Shown here: positions 6,216-16,400 of the stretch, piece by piece
How positions within the stretch are numbered: position 1 is the stretch's first letter
Layout: the number at the start of each line of letters is the position of its first letter
Source of the DNA: Dehalococcoidia bacterium
GTDB lineage: Bacteria > Chloroflexota > Dehalococcoidia > Lucifugimonadales > CAJWER01
NCBI GenBank assembly: GCA_965261325.1
Contig: CBDHCU010000001.1
Location: 191,200-255,199, forward strand
Direction of reading: 5' to 3'
DNA: 64,000 bases
Program-made: the position numbers and the translations under genes
Notes under the pieces: model-generated
Told to the model about the DNA's origin: nothing
Seen by the model: the letters and a program-made list of their open reading frames with translations, nothing else
Database searches by the model: none

Positions 6216-8399
6216 TCAGTCCGCGCTGGCTCCCTCGGGCAGGCTAGGCGGCATCATCAGGAATGTGTAGAGCTTGCCGTGCGCGCCTATCCACGTCCTG
6301 TTCTGTACGACAGCCCTGTCGACCAGCGGCTGGTTGTTGACGCGCACAGTCGACTGGCTGCTCTTACCCCTGTGTACGTGTATGGCGCCTCCGGAGAACC
6401 TGAAGGCTACGTTCTCGAGCCCGGGTATGCCGATCTCTGCGCCCCTCACGTAGCTCCTGCGGAAGATGGCGACAAGCGGATTCCGCCTGATAGCCGAAAA
6501 GTCCACGAGTCGCTCTTCCCTGTCGCCGTATATGTACCCGTATGGCCGCGTCTGGAGGAGGAAGTAGACGCCAACGCCACCCGCAATTGCCAGCAGAGGT
6601 ACTACCAGCAGGCCGAGCCACTGGAAGGACGCTGGGTCCTGGACTGTGACCGCCGGTACGGGCTGGGCTGCGGCGGGCTGGGCTGCGGCGGGCTGCGCGG
6701 CAACGGCCGGCTGCACAGCGGCGGCAGGCTGTACGGCGGGCTTCTCGACTGGCGGGACGACGACCGGAGCCTGTGCAACCCCCGACCGTAGTACGATCAT
6801 CTCTGAGAGCTTGGAGAACGTAGCCCCGCCGAACTCGGCCGTCAGCTGTATGGCGACGGAGTACGTCCCAGGCTCGGAGACGGTCAGGAATACGTCGTAC
6901 TCCCATGCCGGGCCCTCTCCGAACAGGCTCCTCGCGACGACCTCCACTTCGGTTTCCGCACCCGGGGCCCCGTTTACGATTGGGATAACGGCTTCGTGGG
7001 GGACAGAGTACGGCGCGCTGTCGATGTGGACCAGTACGTTGGCGACGTGTGTCCTCTCACCAGGCACCAGGTCATCCACATCGAGGGCGTCCACCAGGAC
7101 GCTCGGGTACCTCTCTGCATGGAAGCTCTCGAACGACATGAGGCTGTGGTTGAACTCGGCCCACGAAAGCTCGAGCTGGACCTTATACTCCCCTGCCGAG
7201 GACAGGGACGGCAGCGCGATTGAGTACAAGCCGTCTCCTGCGACCTGATCGGGGCCGGTCCCATCGTCGCGCATCTCGAGTTTCATCATGGCTTCGTCAG
7301 GAGTCGCCACCCTCGCAATTACCTGAACGTTGTCGAGCTTGACCAGGCGATCATCCTCCGAGATGTAAGCCACCATGGAGTATGGCTCGCCCAGGGGCAC
7401 CGTACCGATTGGTTGCAGGAATATCGTGTAAGAGTTGATCGAGTAGTCCCACACTGAAACGTTGCCGTCTATACCCCTCCCTGTGACCTTCCAGTGGCCG
7501 GGTACCGGGTCCTGTATTTCCCAGACGATGGCGTTGGGCGACTCGTCTATCCTGTACGTGGTGCGCTCTTCAGATATGGCGAAGCCGGTGGGGTCGCTGA
7601 GCTGGAACGAGCCCTGTGCCGAGTCTCTGAAGATGAGGATTGTCGCGTTGCTCGTGCCCGGTGCAACGCTGACGACCGAGCTCATGATCTCCATGGGAGC
7701 CAGCGTCCTTCTACCGATCTCAGCCAACATCCCTCGCGCCTGGAGACCCAGCACGTGGTCGGCGGCTGCAGACAGCCCTGCGTACGTGGTCAGGTCCACC
7801 ATACGACCTCCGGATGCTGCCGAAGCCTCGTCGAGGAAGCTCTTTGCGGAGTCCGGCGCACCCGGCAGGCTGACCCCGTTGAGGCTCCAGCCCTGCTCCG
7901 CCAGTTTCGCGACCAGTGGTCCGACGCTGGAAGAGAGACTATCGAAGTCGTTCTGAGGCGAGTCCCCGACCAGCAGGTAGATGCTGGACCCCTCCGCCGC
8001 GCGCTCCTCGATAAGGGCCGCGTGAGTCTCAGACAGCGCCTTCTCCAGGCCGTCCGACCGGATAGTGACCGGCCACCGCAGAATGGCGTCGAAGTCCGCC
8101 CGCACCTGATTGTAGGCGGGATCGGTAGGCCGGTATGGACCGACGAAGTGAGTTGAGTCGTCGGTGACCATGAGCATGACCAGCTCATCGCTCTGGAGAG
8201 TGTCGAGCAGGCTCACGAAAGAGACCGCAAGATCTGCCGCAGCCTCCGATGAACGTGCCGAGATGCCGTCGACCACGATAGTGGTAATCGGTCGCGAGAA
8301 GGCCGAGTCGGCCGAAACGTCCTGGGCCGCAGCCCATTGCGTGCCGGCGAAGAGGGCCAAGAGTAGGATGAGGATTGCGGAACGCCTGACTTTTTCCAT
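6216..8399 (-). CDS. Secreted/membrane protein: signal peptide, vWA-like domain, Pro/Ala repeat, TM helix, C-terminal FHA-like domain
   Basis: I start it at the second ATG (8399), which follows GGAGG. The architecture is read from the sequence: ILILLLALFAGTQWAAAQD signal; TIVVDG...LLVGDS vWA-like segment; PAAAVQPAVAAQPAAAQPAAAQP; TM helix LLVVPLLAIAGGVGVYFLL; and the tail ...VRVNNQPLVDRAVVQNRTWIGAHGKLYTF. Confidence 0.7.
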   Translation of the reverse strand: MEKVRRSAILILLLALFAGTQWAAAQDVSADSAFSRPITTIVVDGISARSSEAAADLAVSFVSLLDTLQSDELVMLMVTDDSTHFVGPYRPTDPAYNQVRADFDAILRWPVTIRSDGLEKALSETHAALIEERAAEGSSIYLLVGDSPQNDFDSLSSSVGPLVAKLAEQGWSLNGVSLPGAPDSAKSFLDEASAASGGRMVDLTTYAGLSAAADHVLGLQARGMLAEIGRRTLAPMEIMSSVVSVAPGTSNATILIFRDSAQGSFQLSDPTGFAISEERTTYRIDESPNAIVWEIQDPVPGHWKVTGRGIDGNVSVWDYSINSYTIFLQPIGTVPLGEPYSMVAYISEDDRLVKLDNVQVIARVATPDEAMMKLEMRDDGTGPDQVAGDGLYSIALPSLSSAGEYKVQLELSWAEFNHSLMSFESFHAERYPSVLVDALDVDDLVPGERTHVANVLVHIDSAPYSVPHEAVIPIVNGAPGAETEVEVVARSLFGEGPAWEYDVFLTVSEPGTYSVAIQLTAEFGGATFSKLSEMIVLRSGVAQAPVVVPPVEKPAVQPAAAVQPAVAAQPAAAQPAAAQPVPAVTVQDPASFQWLGLLVVPLLAIAGGVGVYFLLQTRPYGYIYGDREERLVDFSAIRRNPLVAIFRRSYVRGAEIGIPGLENVAFRFSGGAIHVHRGKSSQSTVRVNNQPLVDRAVVQNRTWIGAHGKLYTFLMMPPSLPEGASAD

Positions 8400-8550
8400 A
8401 TGAAACCTCCACATAGTAACAGGCTAGCCGCAACCCCGAATATTAGTCAACCATGTTCTATCCAAAGTTTTGACTTTGTTCGAACTCTCGACCCCGGCCG
8501 GTCCGAGCTCCAGCTTCCTAATCTGAAGATTCCCTATTTTGTTGTGTGAG

Positions 8551-8694
8551 CCCAGATCCACCACCTAATTTGGACGGATGGCGTGACGGACTGCCTCTGA
8601 GGCTATGGCTGTGCACCTTGCCGGGGATGGGTTCCCGCCCCCGACTGCTCGGGGGCAGGCTCTTCGCGGGAATGACGGAGGTGGGGGATCTGGG
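8551..8694 (+). mobile_element. MITE2 copy a (144 bp, TIR CCCAGATCC(C)CCACC)
   Basis: Near-identical to 23200..23343 and 58168..58311. It carries a long-form R1 core with inner hairpin CCCCCGACTGCTCGGGGG. Flanked by TGAG on both sides. Confidence 0.85.
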
Positions 8695-8750
8695 TGAGTT
8701 TCTCACGTTGAATCCGTGCTGCCGTTCCGATACAGTACGATACAGTACAG

Positions 8751-9512
8751 GTGGCTTGGGAACGTCACTCTGCGACTGGCTGTTTCACCACTTGGGTGAG
8801 TGCGAAAGCCCTGGTCGGAAGAACAAAGGGTGGTGCTTTGGTTCTCTTGGGTGCATTGAAGCGTATCGAGCGGCACATTGTTGGCAGGACCTTGTCCGGG
8901 TTCCTGGCTCTCATTCCGCTTATCGTCACTATAGTAATCATCCTCGTCATCGTTGGGCGCGCGGACGAGGCGGTGCAGTCGTTCGTAGAAGGGGGGCCCC
9001 TGGATTTCCCGGGCTTTGGACTGCTCGCGCTGATAGCTGTCTGCTACGCCATTGGCCTGGCGGTTTCTACGATGCTTGGGCGGAAGTTGATGGATGGGGC
9101 AAGCGTAATCCTGAACCACATACCCATCGTCAGCACCATATACGGCGTCTCTGAGAAGGCGATGCGGGCCCTCACCTCGCAGCAGCACTTCAGCCGCGTC
9201 GTCTTCGTCGAGTGGCCCCGGGAGGGTTCCGTCGCGATAGGCTTCGTTACAGGCTCACTACACGCCCCCGATCGAGAAGAGCCCATAGTCATCGTCTACA
9301 TCCCAACAGTCCCCAACCCGACCTCAGGCAACATAGCCTTCGTACCGGAGGGAGAGATCCTGGAGACCGACCTCACCGTCGAGGACGCCATGAAGCTGGT
9401 CTTCTCCGGGGGCATAGTGCTTCCTGAGGAGATTGCTCTTATTGGTTCCGGGCTTAAGGATAGGCAGGGGTCCAAGTTCATTGGCCGATTCGCAGGAAGC
9501 AGCTCAGGCTAG
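8751..9512 (+). CDS. DUF502-like membrane protein (start uncertain)
   Basis: The N-terminal TM segment LALIPLIVTIVIILVIVG, the overall length and the layout resemble DUF502. GTG start at 8751; a later start is possible. Confidence 0.6.
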   Translation: MAWERHSATGCFTTWVSAKALVGRTKGGALVLLGALKRIERHIVGRTLSGFLALIPLIVTIVIILVIVGRADEAVQSFVEGGPLDFPGFGLLALIAVCYAIGLAVSTMLGRKLMDGASVILNHIPIVSTIYGVSEKAMRALTSQQHFSRVVFVEWPREGSVAIGFVTGSLHAPDREEPIVIVYIPTVPNPTSGNIAFVPEGEILETDLTVEDAMKLVFSGGIVLPEEIALIGSGLKDRQGSKFIGRFAGSSSG

Positions 9513-9559
9513 GCAGAGCCAGGGGTGGGAAGGCAGCCGAGTGATGCAGGCGTCGGACG

Positions 9560-10741
9560 TTGATCCCCTCGAAACGAGATAGCCTCGGGCCGCTGGGGCA
9601 CATTTCAGTCCTCGACCTGACCGTCAACGTCCCCGGGCCCTTCTGTTCGACAATCCTGGGAGACCTGGGCGCCCGTGTCATTAAGGTAGAGCCTCCGGCC
9701 GGCGACCCCCTCCGGCATAGCCCCGGCATCTGGGCCAGCATCAACCACGGCAAGGAGAGCATCGCCCTAGATCTGAAGACCGACGGCGGCAGGCATGTGT
9801 TGCGAAGGCTTGCCCTTCGTGCGGACATAGTCCTCGAAGGGTGGAGGCCGGGCGTAGCCGAACGGCTTGGGGCAGACTACGCCACCCTGTCAGACGACAA
9901 CACGGGGCTGGTCTACTGCTCGATCTCTGGGTTCGGCCAGGATGGGCCATGGCGCGACAGGCCTGGGCACGACGTCAACTACCTGGCGCTCAGCGGCTAC
10001 ATGGGGCTCCAGGCTGCGGTCGAGGGGCGACCGTGGCCTCCCGCCGTCCTGTTCTCCGACCTCGTGTCGGGGCTGTACGCCGCCATCATGACCCTAGCCG
10101 CCATAGGGGGCCGGAGCGTTTCCCGCAAAGGCGCATACATCGACCTCTCTATGACCGACGCGGCGCTGGCCCTCATGGGGCTGGAGGTCGGAGGGGCAGG
10201 GGACCCGTCGGAAGACGGGCGCAGTCCAAACGTGACCTTCATTCCGCACTATGGGCTATTCCCGTGCGCCGATGGCCGGTGGCTCAGCCTCGGCATCGTA
10301 CACGAGGACCATTTCTGGGACCGATTCTGCGAGGTTGCCGGGCTCGATGATATGACAGGGATGGACCTCGACGAGCGGCTGAGGGAGGCGGACTCCATTC
10401 AGGCCGCGCTCGCTGAAGTCTTCCCCACCAGGGCCGCTGCGGACTGGGAGCAGGCCCTGCTTGGCGCCGATGTGCCCGCAGCCGCTGTTGCCGACCTCGA
10501 TGAAGTCCTGGACACCCCGCACTTCATGGCGCGGGGCATGTTCGCGTCAGTCGGCGGGAATATCTTCCTGGGACAGCCGGCGCGCTTCTCGACCGGTCCC
10601 ACCGGTCCCACCAAGTCCCCGCCGGGTCTGGGTGAACAGTCCGACGGCATACTCGCCGGGCTTGGATATACTCCTGGCGAGGTCGAAGACCTCAAAGCAA
10701 TGGGTGTATTCGGCGCTATGGAACGTACTGGCGCGTCATGA
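9560..10741 (+). CDS. CoA transferase family III (CaiB/BaiF-like)
   Basis: VLDLTVNVPGPFCSTILGDLGARVIKVEPPAGDPLR N-terminal signature. TTG start is uncertain. Confidence 0.85.
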   Translation: MIPSKRDSLGPLGHISVLDLTVNVPGPFCSTILGDLGARVIKVEPPAGDPLRHSPGIWASINHGKESIALDLKTDGGRHVLRRLALRADIVLEGWRPGVAERLGADYATLSDDNTGLVYCSISGFGQDGPWRDRPGHDVNYLALSGYMGLQAAVEGRPWPPAVLFSDLVSGLYAAIMTLAAIGGRSVSRKGAYIDLSMTDAALALMGLEVGGAGDPSEDGRSPNVTFIPHYGLFPCADGRWLSLGIVHEDHFWDRFCEVAGLDDMTGMDLDERLREADSIQAALAEVFPTRAAADWEQALLGADVPAAAVADLDEVLDTPHFMARGMFASVGGNIFLGQPARFSTGPTGPTKSPPGLGEQSDGILAGLGYTPGEVEDLKAMGVFGAMERTGAS

Positions 10742-12366
10742 GTCACGCCTACCAGATCGGCGACTACGCCGAGACCTACCGCACCTTCCGGCAGACCGTT
10801 CCGGAAACCTACAACTGGGCCTACGAAGTGTTTGACGAGTGGGGTAGGGACCCCAACAAGGTCGCCATGGTCTGGGTTGGGCAAGATGGTGTGCCGCGCG
10901 AGGCGACGTTCCGCGAGATGGGGGAGCGTTCCAAGCGAATAGGCAATGCCATGGCAGGTCTGGGGTTGAGACCCGGCGGTCGCATCTTCACGATGCTCCC
11001 GCGAGTCGTCGAGTGGTGGGAGATCATGCTCGGCTGCATGAGGACCCGCATTGTGCCAGTGCCGGGTACGACGCTGCTCACGCCCAAGGACATCACCTAT
11101 AGGATCAACATCTCCGAGGCGACGGTCGCCATCACCAACCCCGACAACGTCGACAAGATCGAGGCGGTCCGCGGAGATTGTCCCACGCTGGAAAGGGTGA
11201 TAGTCGTCGGGGGCAGGGGGCCCTGGCTCGATTACGAAGACCTGCTGAAGTCGGCATCTGCCAGCCTCCCGCACCCTGGCAACCCGTCGTCGTACCCCCT
11301 CGTCATATACTTCACGTCCGGCACGACCGGCCACCCCAAGATGGTGATGAACACCCACTCCACCTACCCCATAGGGCACGTGGCTACTGGCAAGTTCTGG
11401 CTCGACAACCGTCCTACGGACCTTCATTGGACGCTGGCCGACACCGGCTGGGCCCAGGCGGCCTGGACGAGCTTCTTCGCCCCGTGGAATATGGGCGCGG
11501 CCATCTTCATCTGGGACCACAGGGGCCGTTTCGACGCCGCGGGCACGCTGCGGATGTTCGAGGACTACCCGATCACGACCTTCTTCGCGCCTCCGACGGC
11601 ATACCGCATGATGGTCCAGGAGGACCTGGGCAAGTTCAGGCCGAAGGCTCTCAGGCACGTGGTGGGCGCCGGAGAGGCTGTCAATCCCGAGGTCATCGAT
11701 GAGTGGCGCGAGCAGACGGGTCTGCATATATGGGAGGGGTATGGGCAGACGGAGACTACGCTCCTCGCGGCTACATTCCCGGGAATGGAGTACAGGCCTG
11801 GGTCGATGGGTGTGACGGCGCCCGGCTTCTACATGGCGATCGTGGACGAGGACGGCGCCGAGCTGCCGAACGGGGAGGAGGGCAACATGGCCGTCCGCAC
11901 CGAGCCGGAATGGCCCGTGGGCCTGTTCCCCGGGTACTGGCGCAACCCCGAGGCGAACGCCAGCGCCTTCCGTAATGGGTGGTACTACACGGGCGACCTG
12001 GCGACCCGCGACGACGAGGGGTACTTCTGGTTCGTTGGCCGCGCCGACGATGTGATCATCAGCGCCTCGTACCGCATAGGCCCGTTCGAGGTCGAATCGG
12101 CGCTGGTCGAGCACGATTCGATCGCCGAGGCCGCGGTGATAGGCAAGCCTGACCCCATGCGCGGCGAGATCGTGAAGGCCTTCGTGGTCCTGGCCCAGGG
12201 CCGCAGCCCGTCCGAGGAGCTGGTTACGGAGCTGCAGGACCACGTCAAGCGTGTCACCGCTCCCTACAAGTACCCGCGCGAAGTCGAATTCGTCGACGAC
12301 CTGCCAAAGACGATCAGCGGCAAGATAAGACGGAACGAGCTGCGCCGGTTGGAGCGTGAGCGGTAG
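10738..12366 (+). CDS. AMP-dependent acyl-CoA synthetase/ligase
   Basis: YFTSGTTGHPKMV AMP-binding motif, plus YYTGD and ...LPKTISGKIRR near the C terminus. The ATG overlaps the upstream stop (ATGA). Confidence 0.9.
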   Translation: MSHAYQIGDYAETYRTFRQTVPETYNWAYEVFDEWGRDPNKVAMVWVGQDGVPREATFREMGERSKRIGNAMAGLGLRPGGRIFTMLPRVVEWWEIMLGCMRTRIVPVPGTTLLTPKDITYRINISEATVAITNPDNVDKIEAVRGDCPTLERVIVVGGRGPWLDYEDLLKSASASLPHPGNPSSYPLVIYFTSGTTGHPKMVMNTHSTYPIGHVATGKFWLDNRPTDLHWTLADTGWAQAAWTSFFAPWNMGAAIFIWDHRGRFDAAGTLRMFEDYPITTFFAPPTAYRMMVQEDLGKFRPKALRHVVGAGEAVNPEVIDEWREQTGLHIWEGYGQTETTLLAATFPGMEYRPGSMGVTAPGFYMAIVDEDGAELPNGEEGNMAVRTEPEWPVGLFPGYWRNPEANASAFRNGWYYTGDLATRDDEGYFWFVGRADDVIISASYRIGPFEVESALVEHDSIAEAAVIGKPDPMRGEIVKAFVVLAQGRSPSEELVTELQDHVKRVTAPYKYPREVEFVDDLPKTISGKIRRNELRRLERER

Positions 12367-12414
12367 CAGCAGGCTGCCCGCAATCGTCTGGGCATAGGGC
12401 ACGCAGGAGCAAGC

Positions 12415-13566
12415 ATGGAATACTTCCGTGACGAGCACGAGCTCTTCCGATCGGCGGTCCGGCGTTTCGTGGAAGAAGAGATCGTCCCAAACGTGGACGA
12501 GTGGGAGGAGCGGGGCGAGATTCCCCGCAGCCTGTTCCGCCAACTGGGCGGGCTCGGCTTCCTGGGGGTCGAATACCCGCCGGAGTACGGCGGCGGCGGC
12601 GCGGACTTCTGGATGACGGTAGTCCTGGCCGAGGAGATGGCCCGCTGCCGCGCCGGAGGCGTTGCGTTCAGCGTGATCGTCCACACGGACATGTCCTCGC
12701 CCTGGCTGGCCAGATTGGGCACTGCCGAGCAGAAGTCACGGTACCTGCCCTCCGTTATCAGCGGCGAGAAGGTATGCGCCCTGGCCATCACCGAGCCCGG
12801 CGCCGGGTCCGACATGGCGGGAATAGCCACCAGGGCGGAGCGTGACGGCGACGACTGGGTGCTGAATGGCTCGAAGACGTTCACGACGAACGGCGTATAC
12901 GGCGACCTTTACTTCGTATCGGCCCGAACGGGCAGGGAAGGGCCACGTCATCGCCAGCTCTCCCAGATGCTGGTCGAGCGGGGCACTGCGGGGCTGGCAG
13001 TCACCAAGAAGCTGGACAAGACGGGAATGCTGTCGTCCGACACGGCGGAGATAGTCTTCGAGGACGCGCGCGTTCCGGCATCGAATCTCCTGGGAGAGGA
13101 GAACAGGGGCTTCCACCAGCTGGCGTCCGGCCTGCAGCGTGAGCGTCTTCTCGCGGCCGTACTCAGCATCTCCGCCGCGTCGCAGGCGCTGGAGGACACG
13201 AGCGCTTACCTGCGCCAACGCGTCGCATTCGACCGGCCGCTCGCCGATCTGCAGGCCCTGCGCCACCGGTTCGCGGATATAATGACCCGGCTCGCGGCGG
13301 CCCGCCAGCTCACATACCACGCGGCGTCCCTGTTCGCGCGAGGACAGGAGTCCGAGGTCGCGGTGTCGATGGCCAAGCTCCACGCCACTGAGGTAGCCAA
13401 CATGGTCGCCTACGAGGGTGTGCAGATGCACGGGGGCTACGGATACATCAGGGAGACGCCGGTGGAGCGGTTCGCGAGGGACTACCGGCTCTGGACAATC
13501 GCCGCCGGCTCGTCCGAGATCATGCGTGAGATTATAGCTCGGCGAATACTGGGGCCCCCGCAATAG
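12415..13566 (+). CDS. Acyl-CoA dehydrogenase
   Basis: 383 aa with typical ACAD blocks (LAITEPGAGSD, ...GGYGY..E.PVER..RD). AGGAG lies upstream of the ATG. Confidence 0.9.
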   Translation: MEYFRDEHELFRSAVRRFVEEEIVPNVDEWEERGEIPRSLFRQLGGLGFLGVEYPPEYGGGGADFWMTVVLAEEMARCRAGGVAFSVIVHTDMSSPWLARLGTAEQKSRYLPSVISGEKVCALAITEPGAGSDMAGIATRAERDGDDWVLNGSKTFTTNGVYGDLYFVSARTGREGPRHRQLSQMLVERGTAGLAVTKKLDKTGMLSSDTAEIVFEDARVPASNLLGEENRGFHQLASGLQRERLLAAVLSISAASQALEDTSAYLRQRVAFDRPLADLQALRHRFADIMTRLAAARQLTYHAASLFARGQESEVAVSMAKLHATEVANMVAYEGVQMHGGYGYIRETPVERFARDYRLWTIAAGSSEIMREIIARRILGPPQ

Positions 13567-13694
13567 GGGATGTCTCGTCGAATGTTCCCAGCACGGGACG
13601 GCGAAACTGGAGACGAAGAATGTTGTCACGTTGACGGTGTACTGCTAACATGATTGCGTCTTAGACGAATCTTGAATTCCGGAGGAGGTTCACG

Positions 13695-14822
13695 ATGATG
13701 AAAATGGCGAAGTATGTCGTGGTCTTTGGGGCTGTGTTGGCTATGGTTGCGGCCATCGCCTGCTCCGACGGCGTGTCCCAGTCGGACTACGATGCGCTCC
13801 AGGCCGAGTTGGATGCCGCCAATGCCATGGGCGGGGAGATGATGGGAAGCCGCCTCGACACGGTCAAGCAGCGCGGCAAGGTCATATGCGCCAGCCGCAA
13901 CGACGTGCCGGGCTATGGCTCTCTCGACGCAGCCGGTAACAACGTTGGGTTCGACATCGACCTCTGCCACGCGCTTGCGGCGGCAGTCCTGGGGGACCCC
14001 AACGCCATCGATATCCGGCTGATCACGGCCGCAGAGCGCGGCCCCACGATCCAGTCGGGCGAGGTGGACATGCTCGTGCGCACGGTCACCTGGACCACTT
14101 CGCGCGACGCCTCCTGGGGCAATTACGCCCAGACGATGTTCTACGACGGCCAGGGCTTCATGGTCCCGGCGAAGCTGGGCGTCACGAGCGCCTATGAGCT
14201 CGGCGGGGCTGCCGTCTGCGTGACCGCGGGCACAACCACCGAGCTGAACATGGCCGACTTCTTCCGGCAGAACGGGCTGGAATACAACCCCAAGGTCTAC
14301 GAGGACACCGATATCGTTCTGGAGTCCTACAAGAGCGGCTCCTGCGACGTGTTCACGAACGACCGTTCGCAGCTCGCCGCGCTTCGCAGCGCTCTGCCCA
14401 ATCCCGAGGAGCACATAATCCTGCCGGAGACGATCTCCGAGGAGCCCCTTGGCCCGGTTGTGCCTCACGGTGACGATCAGTGGTTTGACATCGTGAAGAC
14501 CGTGATGAGCATACTCATCTACGGCGAGGCATACGGCATAAACTCGGGCAACGTGGACGCAATGGCCACCGGCGACAACGTGAAGGCAAAGCGTCTGCTC
14601 GGTACCGAGGGTTCCTTGGGCCAGGAGGAGATCGGTCTCGACAAGAACGTCGGCCAGACCATAATCAAGGCCGTGGGCAACTACGGCGAGATATATGAGC
14701 GCAACCTCGGAGCGGGCGGCATCGACCTGCCCCGCGAGGGCGGCCGGAACGCGCTCTGGTCCGACGCTCCCTGCTCCGATTGTCCTAAGGGCGGGCAGAT
14801 CTACGCTGCGCCTCTGAGATAG
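13695..14822 (+). CDS. aapJ: Amino-acid ABC transporter substrate-binding lipoprotein (AapJ/BztA-like), copy 1
   Basis: Lipobox AIACSDG. It has a paralog at 14874..15983 and is followed by two ~400-aa permeases and an ATPase. GGAGGAGG RBS. Confidence 0.8.
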   Translation: MMKMAKYVVVFGAVLAMVAAIACSDGVSQSDYDALQAELDAANAMGGEMMGSRLDTVKQRGKVICASRNDVPGYGSLDAAGNNVGFDIDLCHALAAAVLGDPNAIDIRLITAAERGPTIQSGEVDMLVRTVTWTTSRDASWGNYAQTMFYDGQGFMVPAKLGVTSAYELGGAAVCVTAGTTTELNMADFFRQNGLEYNPKVYEDTDIVLESYKSGSCDVFTNDRSQLAALRSALPNPEEHIILPETISEEPLGPVVPHGDDQWFDIVKTVMSILIYGEAYGINSGNVDAMATGDNVKAKRLLGTEGSLGQEEIGLDKNVGQTIIKAVGNYGEIYERNLGAGGIDLPREGGRNALWSDAPCSDCPKGGQIYAAPLR

Positions 14823-14873
14823 AGACGAGGGTCGAGCTCGCCGCGAAACGTCGTGGCGAGCTCGACTTGAAAA

Positions 14874-15983
14874 ATGTTCCGAGCTGACTGCAGTTCTATT
14901 GCGGCTGTGAGTCTCATTTTGGCTCTGGCAGCGCTTGTTGCCTGCTCAGACGGGAATGGCGAGCCCGATGCGGGCTCTGCCGGGGCAGCAGACGCGAAGA
15001 CCGAGAATTCGCGCCTGGGCGCTGTCCGAGCTCGCGGCCGTGTCGTCTGCGCCGCCGTTACCGACACGCCGGGGTTCGGCTTCCTGGACGAGACGGGCAG
15101 GACCACCGGATTCGACATCGACCTCTGCCGCGCGGTGGCGGCCGCCGTCCTGGGTGACGCCGACGCCATCGAAGTGCGGGTGATCACCGCCACCGAGCGC
15201 GGCCCCATTCTCCAGTCGGGCGAAGTGGACATGCTGGTGTTCATCACCACATGGACGACCTCCCGGGACACCTACTGGGGCAACTTCGTTCAGACCATGT
15301 TCTACGACGGCCAGGGCTTCATGGCGCCGGCAAGCCTGGGGGTCGAAAGCTCGTACGGGCTCGGTGGCGCATCGGTGTGCGTCACCAGCGGCACCACGAC
15401 CGAGTTGAACATGGCCGACTTTTTCAGGCAGAACAACCTGGAGTATGGCGCCAAGGTCTTCGAAGAGTCGCAGGTGGCTTTGGAGGCGTACGGGAGCGGC
15501 GCCTGCGACGCGTTCACCAGCGACCGTTCGTCCCTCACCGCCCTGCGCAGCACCCTCGCCAATCCGCAGGACCACGTCATCTTGCCGGAGACCATCTCCG
15601 AGGAGCCGCTTGGACCCGTCGTGCCCCACGGCGACGAGCAGTGGTTCGACATCGTGAAGGCCGTCATGGGCATGCTCATCTATGCCGAGGCCTACGGCGT
15701 CCACTCGGGCAACGTGGACGCTATGGCCGCCAGCGACGACGTGAAGGTGAAGCGCCTGCTGGGCACCGAGGGGGCCTTCGGCCAGGAGGGGCTTGGGCTG
15801 GACCCGGAGGTGGGCCAGACGGTCATCGAGGCTGTGGGCAACTACGGCCAGATATACGACCGCCACTTTGGGCCGGGCGGCATAGACCTGCCCCGCGAGG
15901 GAAGCCGGAACGCGCTGTGGGCCGCCGCTCCCTGCTCCGATTGTCCGAAGGGCGGGCAGATCTACGCCGCTCCCCTGCGCTAG
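14874..15983 (+). CDS. aapJ: Amino-acid ABC transporter substrate-binding lipoprotein (AapJ/BztA-like), copy 2
   Basis: Clear paralog of 13695..14822 (for example ...WTTSRD..WGN..QTMFYDGQGFM..., and it ends ...CPKGGQIYAAPLR). Confidence 0.8.
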   Translation: MFRADCSSIAAVSLILALAALVACSDGNGEPDAGSAGAADAKTENSRLGAVRARGRVVCAAVTDTPGFGFLDETGRTTGFDIDLCRAVAAAVLGDADAIEVRVITATERGPILQSGEVDMLVFITTWTTSRDTYWGNFVQTMFYDGQGFMAPASLGVESSYGLGGASVCVTSGTTTELNMADFFRQNNLEYGAKVFEESQVALEAYGSGACDAFTSDRSSLTALRSTLANPQDHVILPETISEEPLGPVVPHGDEQWFDIVKAVMGMLIYAEAYGVHSGNVDAMAASDDVKVKRLLGTEGAFGQEGLGLDPEVGQTVIEAVGNYGQIYDRHFGPGGIDLPREGSRNALWAAAPCSDCPKGGQIYAAPLR

Positions 15984-16019
15984 CAGCAGGCTTTACGCGC
16001 GAGCCGACCGAGTCTCCCA

Positions 16020-16400
16020 TCAGTCGTTCCCGCGAAAAGAGACCTTTGCGTTACCCCTCTCCCTCGACGGGACCTTGACGGGAGAGGGCTGGGTTGGGGG
16101 TGAAGAGTCGGCTTCCGCAAGCTGGGCCCCATATTCCGGCGCCTGGATTCCGGCCCCGTATCGGGGTACGGGACATGCTTGCGCCGGAATCACCATGGCC
16201 CTGCGAAGGCCACATAAGGGAATGAAATGGGCGCCATCTTTTGGCAAGGTCGAGGCCGACCCCGCCCCAGGTCCCTCGCTGAGGCCTCGGGACGACATGG
16301 CGGGGTGACCGGGCGTTGCTTTCGCAGGAATGATCTGGGTTATGCAAGGGTCTCCGAAGGCGGGAACCCACCCGCTGCAAGGCGCGCCGGCCATGACCAG
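16020..16400. repeat. Pile of degenerate palindromic repeat units (R1 variants, R6 GGGAGAGGG-type, R5 ATGGCC..GGCCACATAAGGGAATGAAATGG)
   Basis: Read directly. It includes a reversed half-R1 (GTCGTTCCCGCGAAAAGAGAC), an R1 variant with arms ATTCCGGC/GCCGGAAT, and R5 at 16194..16229. Confidence 0.75.

Noticed and set aside
8546-9154. 202-aa plus-strand ORF beginning inside MITE2a
   Set aside because: It starts in repeat sequence, is out of frame with the DUF502-like gene it overlaps, and has non-protein-like composition.
10399-12684. 761-aa minus-strand ORF spanning the acyl-CoA synthetase region. Similar long antisense ORFs are at 35477..37030, 58354..59901, 28194..29174, 34065..35147, 13626..14468 and 14946..15866.
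   Set aside because: All are antisense to genes with strong family motifs. Their translations are Arg/Gly/Pro/His-rich, as expected from reading GC-rich coding DNA backwards.
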